Counted from the first letter of the stretch, positions 1 to 8,796 are shown. The stretch: 34,769 nt of DNA from Clostridia bacterium (GCA_007133365.1 SLMV01000001.1:1-34769), one strand, 5' to 3'. Translations and numbers: made by a program. Notes: generated by a model not told the origin, from the sequence alone.

Positions 1-438
1 CTGGGATACGCCCGCATCGAAAGTCCCTAAAGAGATTTAGGGACCGAGTACGGCAGATCACAAGCCGAAAGCGTGGTAGGTCAGTCAAGCAGATTCTCCG
101 CGAGCTGAAAGTGTTTACTGCAGGGTGGCTAGGATACTACTCCATTGGAAGCAGTGGAAGAAGATAAGCGCCAAGTTCGCTAATCTAAAACGGCTGAACA
201 TACCATAAAGATAAGGCTTGGGAATGGGCAAACACCCGTAAAGGATACTGGCGGATCGCTCACAGCTGGGTACTTACCAGATCACTCACAAATGAATACC
301 TCGCATCCATCGGATATGATGACATATCCGCAAGATACGAGGTGCTGCACTTAAGTCATTGAACCGCCGTATACTGAACGGTACGTACGGTGGTGTGAGA
401 GGACGGTGCGTGAACTAATCACTCACCTCCTACTTGAT
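1..438 (+). mobile_element. Group II intron, class IIC, 3' part (runs off the left edge of the window)
   Basis: Domain V GAACCGCCGTATACTGAACGGTACGTACGGTGGTGT at 361-396 carries the CGC triad typical of IIC introns. Domain VI spans 397-438, with a bulged A at 432 and the terminal ...CTCCTACTTGAT. Maturase-coding sequence lies directly upstream. Confidence 0.93.
3..362 (+). pseudogene. C-terminal (maturase/domain X) part of the intron-encoded reverse transcriptase, disrupted
   Basis: Hand translation gives GIRPHRKSLKRFRDRVRQITSRKRGRSVKQILRELKVFTAGWLGYYSI (frame 3, from 3). It then reads WKQWKKISAKFANLKRLNIP* (frame 2, 146-208) and KDKAWEWANTRKGYWRIAHSWVLTRSLTNEYLASIGYDDISARYEVLHLSH* (frame 3, 207-362). 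That is two frame switches, and the usual ..WxRRRxR.. segment is missing. Confidence 0.85.
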
Positions 439-462
439 TAATCAGAGAGGGGAAAGTTTGTC

Positions 463-1023
463 ATGCTCGAAGAAAAAAGGGCAATCAAACCGGGTACCTT
501 ATTGTTTCCTAATGCGGTCGTGCTCGTGAGTTGTTCGGATGGGGCTGATAAGGATAACATCATTACCATTGGCTGGCCTGGGGGAATTGGAGCGAGCCCT
601 CCGAGAATTGGCATACCCATCAAACGTCAGCGCTATTCTCACGGGTTAATCTGTAAGACACGAGAGTTTGTGGTAAATATTCCCACCAGCGATCAAATGC
701 ACGCGATTAACCACTGTGGGACAGTGAGTGGACGCAACCACGATAAGTACTTGGAGTGCAAGTTGGATCGGGTGGCGCCAACCAAGTTGAGATTTGCACC
801 TTCAATCGGTCAATGCCCAATCAGTTTGGAGTGCCGTGTGGAGGCGATTTGGGATATGGGGAGCCACGATTATTTCGTTGGCCGTATTGTTATTGCCCAT
901 GTCGCGGAAAATTGGCTCGGCAATGATAACCGTGTCCAAGTGCGGGCCGAACAATTAGTTGCGTTGGTGTCAGGAAACTACTATCGACTTAGCGAAGAGC
1001 AGGGGCGGTCAACTTATTCGTAA
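463..1023 (+). CDS. Flavin reductase / flavoredoxin-like FMN-binding protein
   Basis: 186 aa with P..VVLVS, NIITIGW, RYSH, EFVVNIP, CG..SGR..DK, CPISLEC and GSHD.FVG motifs. RBS GAGAGGGG upstream. Confidence 0.88.
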   Translation: MLEEKRAIKPGTLLFPNAVVLVSCSDGADKDNIITIGWPGGIGASPPRIGIPIKRQRYSHGLICKTREFVVNIPTSDQMHAINHCGTVSGRNHDKYLECKLDRVAPTKLRFAPSIGQCPISLECRVEAIWDMGSHDYFVGRIVIAHVAENWLGNDNRVQVRAEQLVALVSGNYYRLSEEQGRSTYS

Positions 1024-1076
1024 GAGAACAAAGGTTGTGAGGCCTTCGTAAGACCGGCATGAGATCATACGAAGCC

Positions 1077-1643
1077 CTATTCCGCAACAATTGTCATGGT
1101 GGGAAACCTAGTTGCAAGTGCCTTTAGAGTTTCGTCATGAACTTGTCTGGTGGCATCATCAAATAGGACGAACCGAATATGTCGTACCGACCTGAGTTTA
1201 CAAGCACTGGTTATGATCGTCGAAAGCGCGATTTGGGCAGCGCATTGCATGGGATAACCAAAGGCCCCGGTTGAAATTGCAGGGAAGGCCAAAGACCTCA
1301 GCCCATGCTCATCCGCACGTCGAAGGGATTCCCGATAGGCGCTTGCCAGGTTTTCTTCGGGGGCTTCGTCGTGGCCATATACGGGACCCAACGCGTGGAC
1401 GACGTATTGATTGGGAAGATCGAACGCCTCGGTAATGACCGCGTCTCCTGGCTGAATGGGGGCGAGGGGTTTGCATGCTTCAAAGAGCTCGGGACCGGCA
1501 GCCCGGTGGATGGCCCCGGCCACACCGCCGCCCGGTGCCAATTCAGCATTGGCCGCGTTGACCACGGCGTCCACGTCATCTTGTTTGGTGATATCACCCT
1601 TGATGCATTCGAGGGTAACGTCATCATGTATGGATGCGCGCAT
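1077..1643 (-). CDS. Macro domain protein (YmdB/MacroD-like ADP-ribose / O-acetyl-ADP-ribose hydrolase)
   Basis: GDIT, DAVVNAAN, GGGVAGAIH, VHALGP and FPAISTGAFGYP motifs. RBS AAGGAGG. Confidence 0.92.
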   Translation of the reverse strand: MRASIHDDVTLECIKGDITKQDDVDAVVNAANAELAPGGGVAGAIHRAAGPELFEACKPLAPIQPGDAVITEAFDLPNQYVVHALGPVYGHDEAPEENLASAYRESLRRADEHGLRSLAFPAISTGAFGYPMQCAAQIALSTIITSACKLRSVRHIRFVLFDDATRQVHDETLKALATRFPTMTIVAE

Positions 1644-1695
1644 GATGCGCCTCCTTTCCTTGGTCTGTGAAAAGGGTCATAGCCTTCATTTTGTC

Positions 1696-1722
1696 CTTCG
1701 CGAAAGCATCTGCATTTCCTGG
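1696..1722 (-). promoter_or_regulatory. Candidate SigH-type promoter for the macro domain gene
   Basis: Minus strand CCAGGAAAT-N14-GAAG, compared with the B. subtilis SigH pattern (AGGA...GAAT). Confidence 0.4.
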
Positions 1723-1746
1723 CGAAACGACAGGCAATCTTCCTTC

Positions 1747-2763
1747 TCAGTCTGGGGGATGAGCCAAACGGTGATGCGCTTCCTTTAACATGTCACGAAC
1801 AGGCAGCTGATAAGGGCAGCGCTCCTCGCAAAAGCCGCAATCCGTGCAATGGGTGAAATCAAAATCGAGCGCGGCGTACTGTTCGCAGGCCCAGTCTTTC
1901 GCGAAATACGACGTGTGGTAGCGGTCGTAACGAAAGATATCAAGGAGCTCTAACCCTCCGGGACAAGGGCTACAATACCCACAGCGCCGGCAAAATTTAT
2001 TGCCCAAAGCATCGACCTCTTCCTCGAGGTCGACTAAATCCTCATCCGAAAGCGTGATGTCCTCGTTTGAAATGGTGACGTTTTCTTCAACCTGCTCGAT
2101 GCTATCCATGCCCGGGATGGCGGTCGTGACCAGCTGTGAAAGCACATATCGTAGCGCCTGAGCCGGCGATTTTAGTAGGCCGCCACAAAGGGGTTTCATC
2201 ACGATAATCCCGAGGTCATAGCGGTTTGCGACCGGCAGACTGTCCTTAAAGAGGGGAGCGTCAATGATATTGAACGGAACTTGAACGACATCGAACCGGT
2301 TGGTTTCAATCGCAGGGATGATGGCTTGGGGACGATGGCCACTAAACCCGATATGGCCGATTTTACCGGCTTCTTTTGCCTTTACCATCCCCTCCAACGC
2401 TCCACCTGGAGCCTGAATGGGATCGAGATCGTCTTCTCTAAGATCGTGGAATTGGTACACGGCAATGTGATCGGTTTGGAGACGTTTCAGGCTCTCATCG
2501 ATGGCCTTTGTCATGGCGCTTGCGCTTTGAGCACGGGACTTGCTGGCCAAATGTATTTCACCCGAAAATTGCCTGAGGGCCTGGCCGATCATGGCCTCGC
2601 TCTCGCCGTAAGATTGGGCAGTGTCCACAAAATTAATGCCCAGCTCGAACGCATGGCGTAATACGGAAATGGCATCGGCAAAAGGAATTCGGTTGATGGT
2701 GACGCCACCAAAACCCAGCATTGAAACCATAAGATCTGTGCGACCCAGGCGACGATAGTGCAT
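1747..2763 (-). CDS. Aldo/keto reductase with C-terminal 4Fe-4S dicluster domain
   Basis: YRRLGRT..VS.LGFGG, DTAQSYG.SE, IGFSGH and MKPLCGG motifs. C-terminal CRRCGYCSPCP and CTDCGFCEERCP. Confidence 0.92.
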   Translation of the reverse strand: MHYRRLGRTDLMVSMLGFGGVTINRIPFADAISVLRHAFELGINFVDTAQSYGESEAMIGQALRQFSGEIHLASKSRAQSASAMTKAIDESLKRLQTDHIAVYQFHDLREDDLDPIQAPGGALEGMVKAKEAGKIGHIGFSGHRPQAIIPAIETNRFDVVQVPFNIIDAPLFKDSLPVANRYDLGIIVMKPLCGGLLKSPAQALRYVLSQLVTTAIPGMDSIEQVEENVTISNEDITLSDEDLVDLEEEVDALGNKFCRRCGYCSPCPGGLELLDIFRYDRYHTSYFAKDWACEQYAALDFDFTHCTDCGFCEERCPYQLPVRDMLKEAHHRLAHPPD

Positions 2764-2831
2764 TTAAACGGTCCTCTCCACATAAAGGTGAGCGGTTGAA
2801 TCAAACCAATGTTGTAATCCAACCCTATAAA

Positions 2832-2858
2832 CTTCGCGATTTTTCGGAGAGTTCCTTT
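2832..2858 (-). promoter_or_regulatory. Candidate SigH-type promoter for the aldo/keto reductase
   Basis: Minus strand AAAGGAACT-N14-GAAG. It shares TCGCGAAG at the -10 end with the 1696-1722 site. Confidence 0.45.
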
Positions 2859-3175
2859 CGGCGAGGGATGAGCTGGATGCAGGAAGGTTTCTGGGATGAA
2901 AAAGGTTTCATTTGATGGGCGATGTATCGTCGAATTTTGAGAACGGTACCCGATCCGGAAGGAGTCCCGGAATGCTTCGTCAAAAAGAGAAGGCGGAGGA
3001 AGCGGCGGATCGATGGCCAATTCTCTAGTTAGAGCCAAGCGCTCTTTCGTTTTTTGTGATGCGCTTTTGGTTTTTCGAGAGGATCCGCCTTTTTAGGAGC
3101 GACGACTTTCGTCGGACCCCAATTGGGTCAGGATGTCATTGGCGGCAAAATGATGAGGTGAAAGGGGTAAGGGTG

Positions 3176-3994
3176 ATGGAATTCAATGATTTGACGGTGA
3201 TGATCACCGGTGCTGCCGGATTATTGGGCCGGGCGTCGGCGCGCTCCTTTGCCCAGGCCGGTGCACGCGTTCTTCTTTTCGACTGCGACCCAAGCGGGCT
3301 CGACAATTACGTGCGATCCTTAAAGGAAGCCGGATTGGAGCGGGTGCTTGGCATGGTTGGGGATGTGCGGAGTGCTTCCTCCATTCAGTCGGCGTTGGCG
3401 ACGCTTCCGGCGGCTTGGCGCCCCGTGCGCATCCTGGTCAATTTCGCCGGCTTTCCGAAGAACACTCCGTTCCTCGAAATTTCGGAGTCCGAGTGGAACG
3501 AGGTGTTCGACGTTAACGTCAAAGGCACGTTTCTAACGTGCCAGGCGATAGCGAACAACCTCGCTGAGTCGGGATGTTCGGGGGCAATTGTGAACATATC
3601 TTCCATTGCGGCGATGTCAGCCCGGCCGGGAAGTGTGCACTATAGCGCTTCAAAAGCGGCGGTATCGATGCTGACCGAGACCCTCGCCCTCGATCTTGCA
3701 CCGTATAATATTCGAGTCAATGCGGTGGCGCCGGGTGTTGTCTTGGATCGGGTGATCGATCAATCGGAGGCGGATTCATTAACCAATCGATACGAGCGAG
3801 AGACGGTATCGGCTGTTCCCCTTGGGCGCACCGGTGATCCGGCGGAAGTGGCCGAAGCGGTGTTGTTTTTGGCAAGTGAACGGCGAGCCGGTTGGATCAC
3901 CGGCACCGTGCTTTCGGTGACCGGGGGGATGCACTGTGGCCGAACCACCCAGTCGGTGGGCGGATCCTTAACGTCGGAGGAGGACCATTGCTGA
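3176..3994 (+). CDS. Classical short-chain dehydrogenase/reductase (SDR, FabG-like fold)
   Basis: TGAAGLLG, VNFAG, IVNISS, YSASK and IRVNAVAPG motifs. Start moved from 3056 to ATG 3176 (RBS AAGGGG/AAGGG). Confidence 0.92.
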   Translation: MEFNDLTVMITGAAGLLGRASARSFAQAGARVLLFDCDPSGLDNYVRSLKEAGLERVLGMVGDVRSASSIQSALATLPAAWRPVRILVNFAGFPKNTPFLEISESEWNEVFDVNVKGTFLTCQAIANNLAESGCSGAIVNISSIAAMSARPGSVHYSASKAAVSMLTETLALDLAPYNIRVNAVAPGVVLDRVIDQSEADSLTNRYERETVSAVPLGRTGDPAEVAEAVLFLASERRAGWITGTVLSVTGGMHCGRTTQSVGGSLTSEEDHC

Positions 3995-4006
3995 GGAGGA
4001 AGACCC

Positions 4007-5644
4007 GTGCCCAAATACCGTGACCAGCTTTTGACCAACGCCACGGTCCGAACCTTTAATCAAACCGACCAAACCCATGAGGCGATTTTCATATCAAATC
4101 AGCGCATCCGGGCGGTGGGATCCATCGATGATCTACAAAATGCGCTCCCAAATCGGTCCGATACCGAAATCATTGATCTTGCGGGACGTACCCTGATACC
4201 CGGCCTGGTTGATGCCCACGTGCATATGGCTTCGACGGCTTGGAACCATTGGGATGTCGACTGCCGGGACACCTATGATCCGACCCTCACCTCGAACGGC
4301 GCCATCGCGCGAAAATTAAAAGAGGAAAGTCGGACGATTGTCCCGGGTCGATGGATCATCGGCATGGGAAGTCCTTTGCAAGAAAGTCGTTTGAAGGAAG
4401 GCCGTTTACCAGACCGACATCAATTGGACCGAGCATGCCCGGATCATCCCGCGTTTATCTTGTTTGGCGCTTACGCCCTATCCGCCAACACCCGCGCGCT
4501 TTGTGAGTCGGGACTCTGGCGCGAAGCGGGGAAATGGCCTCATCACCTTCTCGAACGCGAGCCGGAAACCGGATATCCCAGTGGGATTGTCCGTAAGGCG
4601 GCCGGCCAGGCGCTTCGGCGCTTGATTTCCAGCCCGACCGAAGCGGAGGCGGAGCAAAATCTTCGTGAGTATATGTATCAGGCGGCCAGCCGGGGGATCA
4701 CGACGGTTCATGATTTCTTAAGCGAACCCAAAGAGCTGGTGCTTTATCAACGGTTGGCCCACAAGGGACGCCTGCCGATACGCGTCCAACTTATTATCAA
4801 AATTCACGACTCGGGGTTCCCGGCGGATCTCTTCCTAAGGGGGAAGGGTCCGCCGGACTTACAGCATCCCGATCTTTTCGTCGCCGCCGCAAAAATCAGC
4901 GTTGACGGTGGGTTCACCGGCGGTGAGGCGGCCTTCTATGAAAACGAAGGCGAGGCACATCTTCGCCTTTGCCCGGATGAATTGAATCGATTGGTCGCGG
5001 CTCATCACCAAAAAGGGGTTCGGTTGGCGCTGCATGCATTTGGGGATCGGGCGGCCGATCTCGTCCTGGCGGCGTTCGATGCGGTGGAATCAAAATGGAG
5101 GTTAAAGACGCTCCAACATCGGGTCGAACATATGGGAAATTGGTGCTTTGATGCGGATCGCCGTCGCGCAGCCAAACGTTTGCATGTGATGCCGGTCCCG
5201 AATCCGGCACTGATGTACTTCTTGGGCGATTATGCCCGCCAAAGCCTTACACCCCGACAAAACCAAGCGGCTTTCAATCTGGGTTCGATGCGACGAGACG
5301 GCCTGTCGATCGCCGGGGGATCGGACGCTTTTTCTTATTGGCCGGCGGATGTCCTTCGCGACCTATATCCTGTGGTATGGCGCAAAAGTGAAGCGGGGAC
5401 GGTAATGGGGGGTGAAGAAGCATTGTCGATTAAGGGGGCGCTTCGAGCCCAAACCGTCGGGGCGGCCGCGCTCGGGAAAAGGGCCCAACGAAGCGGTCAG
5501 TTACAACCGGGTTTCGATGCCGATTTGACCCTCCTTAGTCATGATCCGTTCGACAATCATCACTTGGATCCTCGATCGATCGAGGTGGAGGGAACCATGG
5601 TAGGGGGAAAGTGGGTCACCGATCCTCCGTACCGTTTGAATTAG
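4007..5644 (+). CDS. Metal-dependent amidohydrolase, YtcJ-like (Amidohydro_3)
   Basis: IDLAGRTLIPGLVDAHVH, GITTVHD, KISVDG, HAFGDRA, HRVEH, GSD and G.L.PG.DAD motifs. RBS GAGGAGG. Probably co-transcribed with the SDR. Confidence 0.9.
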   Translation: MPKYRDQLLTNATVRTFNQTDQTHEAIFISNQRIRAVGSIDDLQNALPNRSDTEIIDLAGRTLIPGLVDAHVHMASTAWNHWDVDCRDTYDPTLTSNGAIARKLKEESRTIVPGRWIIGMGSPLQESRLKEGRLPDRHQLDRACPDHPAFILFGAYALSANTRALCESGLWREAGKWPHHLLEREPETGYPSGIVRKAAGQALRRLISSPTEAEAEQNLREYMYQAASRGITTVHDFLSEPKELVLYQRLAHKGRLPIRVQLIIKIHDSGFPADLFLRGKGPPDLQHPDLFVAAAKISVDGGFTGGEAAFYENEGEAHLRLCPDELNRLVAAHHQKGVRLALHAFGDRAADLVLAAFDAVESKWRLKTLQHRVEHMGNWCFDADRRRAAKRLHVMPVPNPALMYFLGDYARQSLTPRQNQAAFNLGSMRRDGLSIAGGSDAFSYWPADVLRDLYPVVWRKSEAGTVMGGEEALSIKGALRAQTVGAAALGKRAQRSGQLQPGFDADLTLLSHDPFDNHHLDPRSIEVEGTMVGGKWVTDPPYRLN

Positions 5645-6704
5645 AGGATGGCGCCTTCGCATCCGACGGGGCTTCAAATCGGTAAGAGGATGTGAGGGGG
5701 GCGTCCGCTTCTTTTGAGGGGGTCCGCCCGATCATCAGGCCGGTGGCGCCGGCGGAGAGGACGAGCGGGAACCAGAAGGTGATCAACCGCGTGGTTAAGG
5801 CGATGGCCAATCCTTGTGGCAGGGTGAGGCCCTCGAGGGTGAGAAGAAGGGCCATGACTCCTTCGAACGAACCCAGTCCTCCGGGTGACAGGGGAACCAT
5901 GCTGACGAGATAGGCCGTATAGGTGGCAAAAGCCACCGTCTGGATCCCCACCGGATATCCGAGCATCCCAGTCACGATCATCACCTTTACCGGGTAAAGC
6001 ACCCAGATGATGAGAGAAATCGTCAGCAGTCCGGACCGTTCGCGGGCGTTGGTCAAGACCCGGGCGTACCCTAGCGCGTCCTCTAAAAAGCGTTGGATGC
6101 GCCGGAGATACCATCCGATCTTTTGCGGGAGCGCAAGCGGGAGGGGCGATGTTTGAGCATGAGGTCGGGCATGGTCGTTGCTTTTGGGCTTTCGGGGGCG
6201 AAGCAAAAGGGTGAGGCCGGCGAAGACGACAAAAAGTGCGATGAACGCGGCAAAACTATAGGCGGGCATCGCGACATGGCGTCCCACCGAGACAAGCACC
6301 ACGCCGCATAGCAAGACGAATGGCAAAAGCGAGAGATATTTGTGCGTGAGCATGGCACCGACCAATGCCTGGTGGGACAGCCCGGTTGCAACCCGAAGCA
6401 AATAGATTTTGGCGGCTTCTCCGCCCAGTTTGACGGAGGGGGTGATGCTTTCGACAAATTGACTGGCCAGATGAATGCCGAAAACTTGGGCGAAGGGAAG
6501 CGTAGCGCGAAGCTTTTTCAACAGAAAATGCCACTGGTAAGCGGTTAACCCCAGGGTAAAGGTCTGAAGTGCGGCTAATCCCACCAGGGTGAGCGGATGA
6601 ATGTTCCGCAATGAGCTTGCGACTTCATCCCACCCCCAAAAGATGACCAACGCCACGATGATCAATATTCCGAGCAACCATAACAGCGGACGCCGAATCC
6701 GCAT
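5616..6704 (-). CDS. UPF0104 / lysylphosphatidylglycerol-synthase TM-domain (flippase-like) membrane protein
   Basis: Multi-TM protein with W..LL, ITPSVKLGGE, PLSPGGLGSFE and R.ITFW motifs. Start moved to ATG 6704 (RBS AAGGGGAGG). The 3' end overlaps the convergent amidohydrolase by 29 nt. Confidence 0.85.
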   Translation of the reverse strand: MRIRRPLLWLLGILIIVALVIFWGWDEVASSLRNIHPLTLVGLAALQTFTLGLTAYQWHFLLKKLRATLPFAQVFGIHLASQFVESITPSVKLGGEAAKIYLLRVATGLSHQALVGAMLTHKYLSLLPFVLLCGVVLVSVGRHVAMPAYSFAAFIALFVVFAGLTLLLRPRKPKSNDHARPHAQTSPLPLALPQKIGWYLRRIQRFLEDALGYARVLTNARERSGLLTISLIIWVLYPVKVMIVTGMLGYPVGIQTVAFATYTAYLVSMVPLSPGGLGSFEGVMALLLTLEGLTLPQGLAIALTTRLITFWFPLVLSAGATGLMIGRTPSKEADAPLTSSYRFEAPSDAKAPSSNSNGTEDR

Positions 6705-6815
6705 CGAACCCCTCCCCTTTTTCAAACGACAAATGATTCCGAGTGATCCTAGGGTTAACTTTAAACTGATTAAACGGGCTCTCTTGATGAGGGTCGTTCA
6801 GCAATCCTTGTCAGT

Positions 6816-6830
6816 TGATAATCATTTTCA
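6816..6830. promoter_or_regulatory. Fur box (7-1-7)
   Basis: TGATAAT-C-ATTTTCA has one mismatch to the Fur consensus TGATAATnATTATCA. Confidence 0.75.
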
Positions 6831-6833
6831 TTT

Positions 6834-6862
6834 AATATAGGCCTTCGCCATTTTGTTGTCAA
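6834..6862 (-). promoter_or_regulatory. SigA promoter driving the UPF0104 gene
   Basis: Minus strand TTGACA (6862-6857), 17-nt spacer, TATATT (6839-6834). Confidence 0.7.
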
Positions 6863-6928
6863 TGCGACGCATGACTTGACATACTCATGCTAATATAGGA
6901 ATATAGCGATGGAAAAGGGGGTGGTGCG

Positions 6929-7258
6929 ATGGAACTTTACCAAGCGCGAGCGGAGTTGACCAAGGCGATGGCTCATCCCATCCGGCTCGCCATCATCGAT
7001 ATTCTCGATCAAAAGGGTCCCCAATGCGTGGCGGATCTGACGGCGTTACTACCGGTAGGCCAGCCGACGGTTTCGAAGCATTTAAGCATCCTAAAAGCCG
7101 CCGGGATCCTTCATTACCGAAAAGAAGGGTTGAAGGCGGTCTACTTCATCCGAACGCCCTGCATTGCCGACCTATTTAAATGCTTGGATAACGCATTGGC
7201 GGAGGATCTTCGTCAAAAGCAAAACGTGTGGGGGAAGGATCTGGAGGGTTTGAAGTGA
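6929..7258 (+). CDS. ArsR/SmtB family transcriptional regulator
   Basis: KAMAHPIRLAII, CVADL, QPTVSKHLSILK.AG and RKEG..VY.. motifs, with C-terminal Cys residues (PCIADLFKC). Confidence 0.92.
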   Translation: MELYQARAELTKAMAHPIRLAIIDILDQKGPQCVADLTALLPVGQPTVSKHLSILKAAGILHYRKEGLKAVYFIRTPCIADLFKCLDNALAEDLRQKQNVWGKDLEGLK

Positions 7259-8430
7259 CCGATACGCAGCGCAAACTTCTTTGGTTTGTCGGAGTTTTCA
7301 TCGTCATCTATCTCATGCCGCTGGATCTTCCGGTTTTGCAACGCTCCATTGTTGAAGCGTTTCACATGCTTCAGGAGTATGCTCGGGAACACGTATTGTT
7401 TTGTCTGATTCCCGCGTTTTTCATCGCCGGGGCCATCGCCAATTTCATCTCGCAGCAGTCGGTGATTCGATACTTTGGTGGCCAGGCCCCCAAGTGGTTG
7501 TCGTATTCAATCGCGTCGGTATCGGGGACGGTTTTGGCGGTGTGCTCGTGTACGGTATTGCCCTTGTTTGCCGGTATTTATCGCCGGGGAGCGGGCATTG
7601 GCCCGGCGACAGCCTTCCTTTATTCCGGTCCGGCCATCAATATATTGGCAATCATTTTGACCGCCCGCGTTCTCGGGTGGCAGTTGGGTTTGGCTCGGGC
7701 CATTGGAGCGGTTGTTTTCGCGTTGGTCATTGGAATGTTGATGTCGTTTATCTGTCGGCAAGAAGAGGCTGAACGGACCGCTCAGGCCCAAGAGATGCCG
7801 ATGGATGATGAAGAGCCGCGTTCGCCCCTTCAAAATTTGGCGTATTTCGTCACCATGATTCTTATTCTGATATTTGCCACGTGGGGTGAACCCGAGCAAG
7901 TGGCGGGCATATGGCAGACCGTCTTTTCCATCAAGTGGTGGATCGTCATTGCGTTGTTGGCCCTGCTGGCGATTATGTTGAAGAATTGGTTTGATCGGGG
8001 AGAACTCCGATCGTGGGTGGGCTCGACCTGGGAGTTCGCCGAACAGATCCTCCCCCTATTGTTCGCTGGTGTGCTGATTGCTGGCTTTCTCATGGGCCGG
8101 CCGGGTGTCGATGCGGGTTTGATCCCGGCCGAATGGGTGGCCCGCTGGGTAGGCGGCAGCGGGCTCGGTGCTAACGTCATTGCATCGGTGGTCGGGGCGT
8201 TGATGTACTTTGCCACTTTGACGGAAGTCCCCATCATGCAAGGTCTCATTGGTTTGGGAATGGGACCGGGCCCGGCATTGGCCCTGCTTTTGGCGGGTCC
8301 GGCCTTGAGCCTTCCCAATATGCTGGTGATTCGCAGCGTACTCGGAACCCGAAAGACGTTGATTTTTGTCGCACTGGTGGTGGTCATGGCAACGTTGGCA
8401 GGACTCATTTATGGCAACCTGGTGATTTAA
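7255..8430 (+). CDS. ArsP / DUF318 family permease (organoarsenical-efflux-like)
   Basis: EHVLFCLIPAFFIAGAI, LAVCSCTVLPLF, FLYSGPAIN, YFATLTEVP and LLAGPALSLP motifs. GTG start at 7255 overlaps the arsR stop (GTGA). Confidence 0.88.
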   Translation: MTDTQRKLLWFVGVFIVIYLMPLDLPVLQRSIVEAFHMLQEYAREHVLFCLIPAFFIAGAIANFISQQSVIRYFGGQAPKWLSYSIASVSGTVLAVCSCTVLPLFAGIYRRGAGIGPATAFLYSGPAINILAIILTARVLGWQLGLARAIGAVVFALVIGMLMSFICRQEEAERTAQAQEMPMDDEEPRSPLQNLAYFVTMILILIFATWGEPEQVAGIWQTVFSIKWWIVIALLALLAIMLKNWFDRGELRSWVGSTWEFAEQILPLLFAGVLIAGFLMGRPGVDAGLIPAEWVARWVGGSGLGANVIASVVGALMYFATLTEVPIMQGLIGLGMGPGPALALLLAGPALSLPNMLVIRSVLGTRKTLIFVALVVVMATLAGLIYGNLVI

Positions 8431-8448
8431 CCATAAGGAGGGTGACAA

Positions 8449-8685
8449 ATGAAGATTGAAGTATTGGGATCCGGCTGTCCGAAATGCGCCAAGACGGAGA
8501 AAATAATCGCTCAAGTGGTGGAAAAACTCGGACTTGATGCTAAAATTGAAAAAGTAACGGATATTAATGCAATCATTGATCGCGGGGTCATGTTGACCCC
8601 CGCGGTGGCAATTGATGGCGACGTGAAAATTGAAGGCAAAGTGCCGACCCCCGAAGAGGTTCAGGGTATTTTGACGTCGGACTGA
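8449..8685 (+). CDS. Small thioredoxin-like redox-active disulfide protein (MTH895 type)
   Basis: MKIEVLGSGCPKC and GVMLTPAVAIDG.VKIEGKVP motifs. RBS AAGGAGG. Confidence 0.92.
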   Translation: MKIEVLGSGCPKCAKTEKIIAQVVEKLGLDAKIEKVTDINAIIDRGVMLTPAVAIDGDVKIEGKVPTPEEVQGILTSD

Positions 8686-8747
8686 GCGATCCGGGGGCGT
8701 AAGATCCGTTGGCAATATGGCATTTTCGCTTGCTCGCGTGATCAATC

Positions 8748-8776
8748 TTGACATTGACCCAGCGCTTTGCTACAGT
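8748..8776 (+). promoter_or_regulatory. SigA promoter upstream of the M-box
   Basis: TTGACA (8748-8753), 17-nt spacer ending in TGn, TACAGT (8771-8776). Confidence 0.65.
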
Positions 8777-8796
8777 CGGTGCGGAAATAAAAGTGG

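Noticed and set aside
3986-4010. The SDR ends ...CAT TGC TGA GGA in frame with the amidohydrolase, suggesting a Cys-Sec-Gly read-through fusion
   Set aside because: No SECIS-like hairpin follows the TGA. The GGAGG is explained as the RBS of the next gene, and in-frame spacing occurs one time in three by chance.
6775-6795. Minus-strand CTCATCAAGAGAG resembles the 5' start of a SAM-I riboswitch
   Set aside because: The rest of the S-box (GAGGGA..GGCCC, GCAACC, GTGC.AA) is absent.
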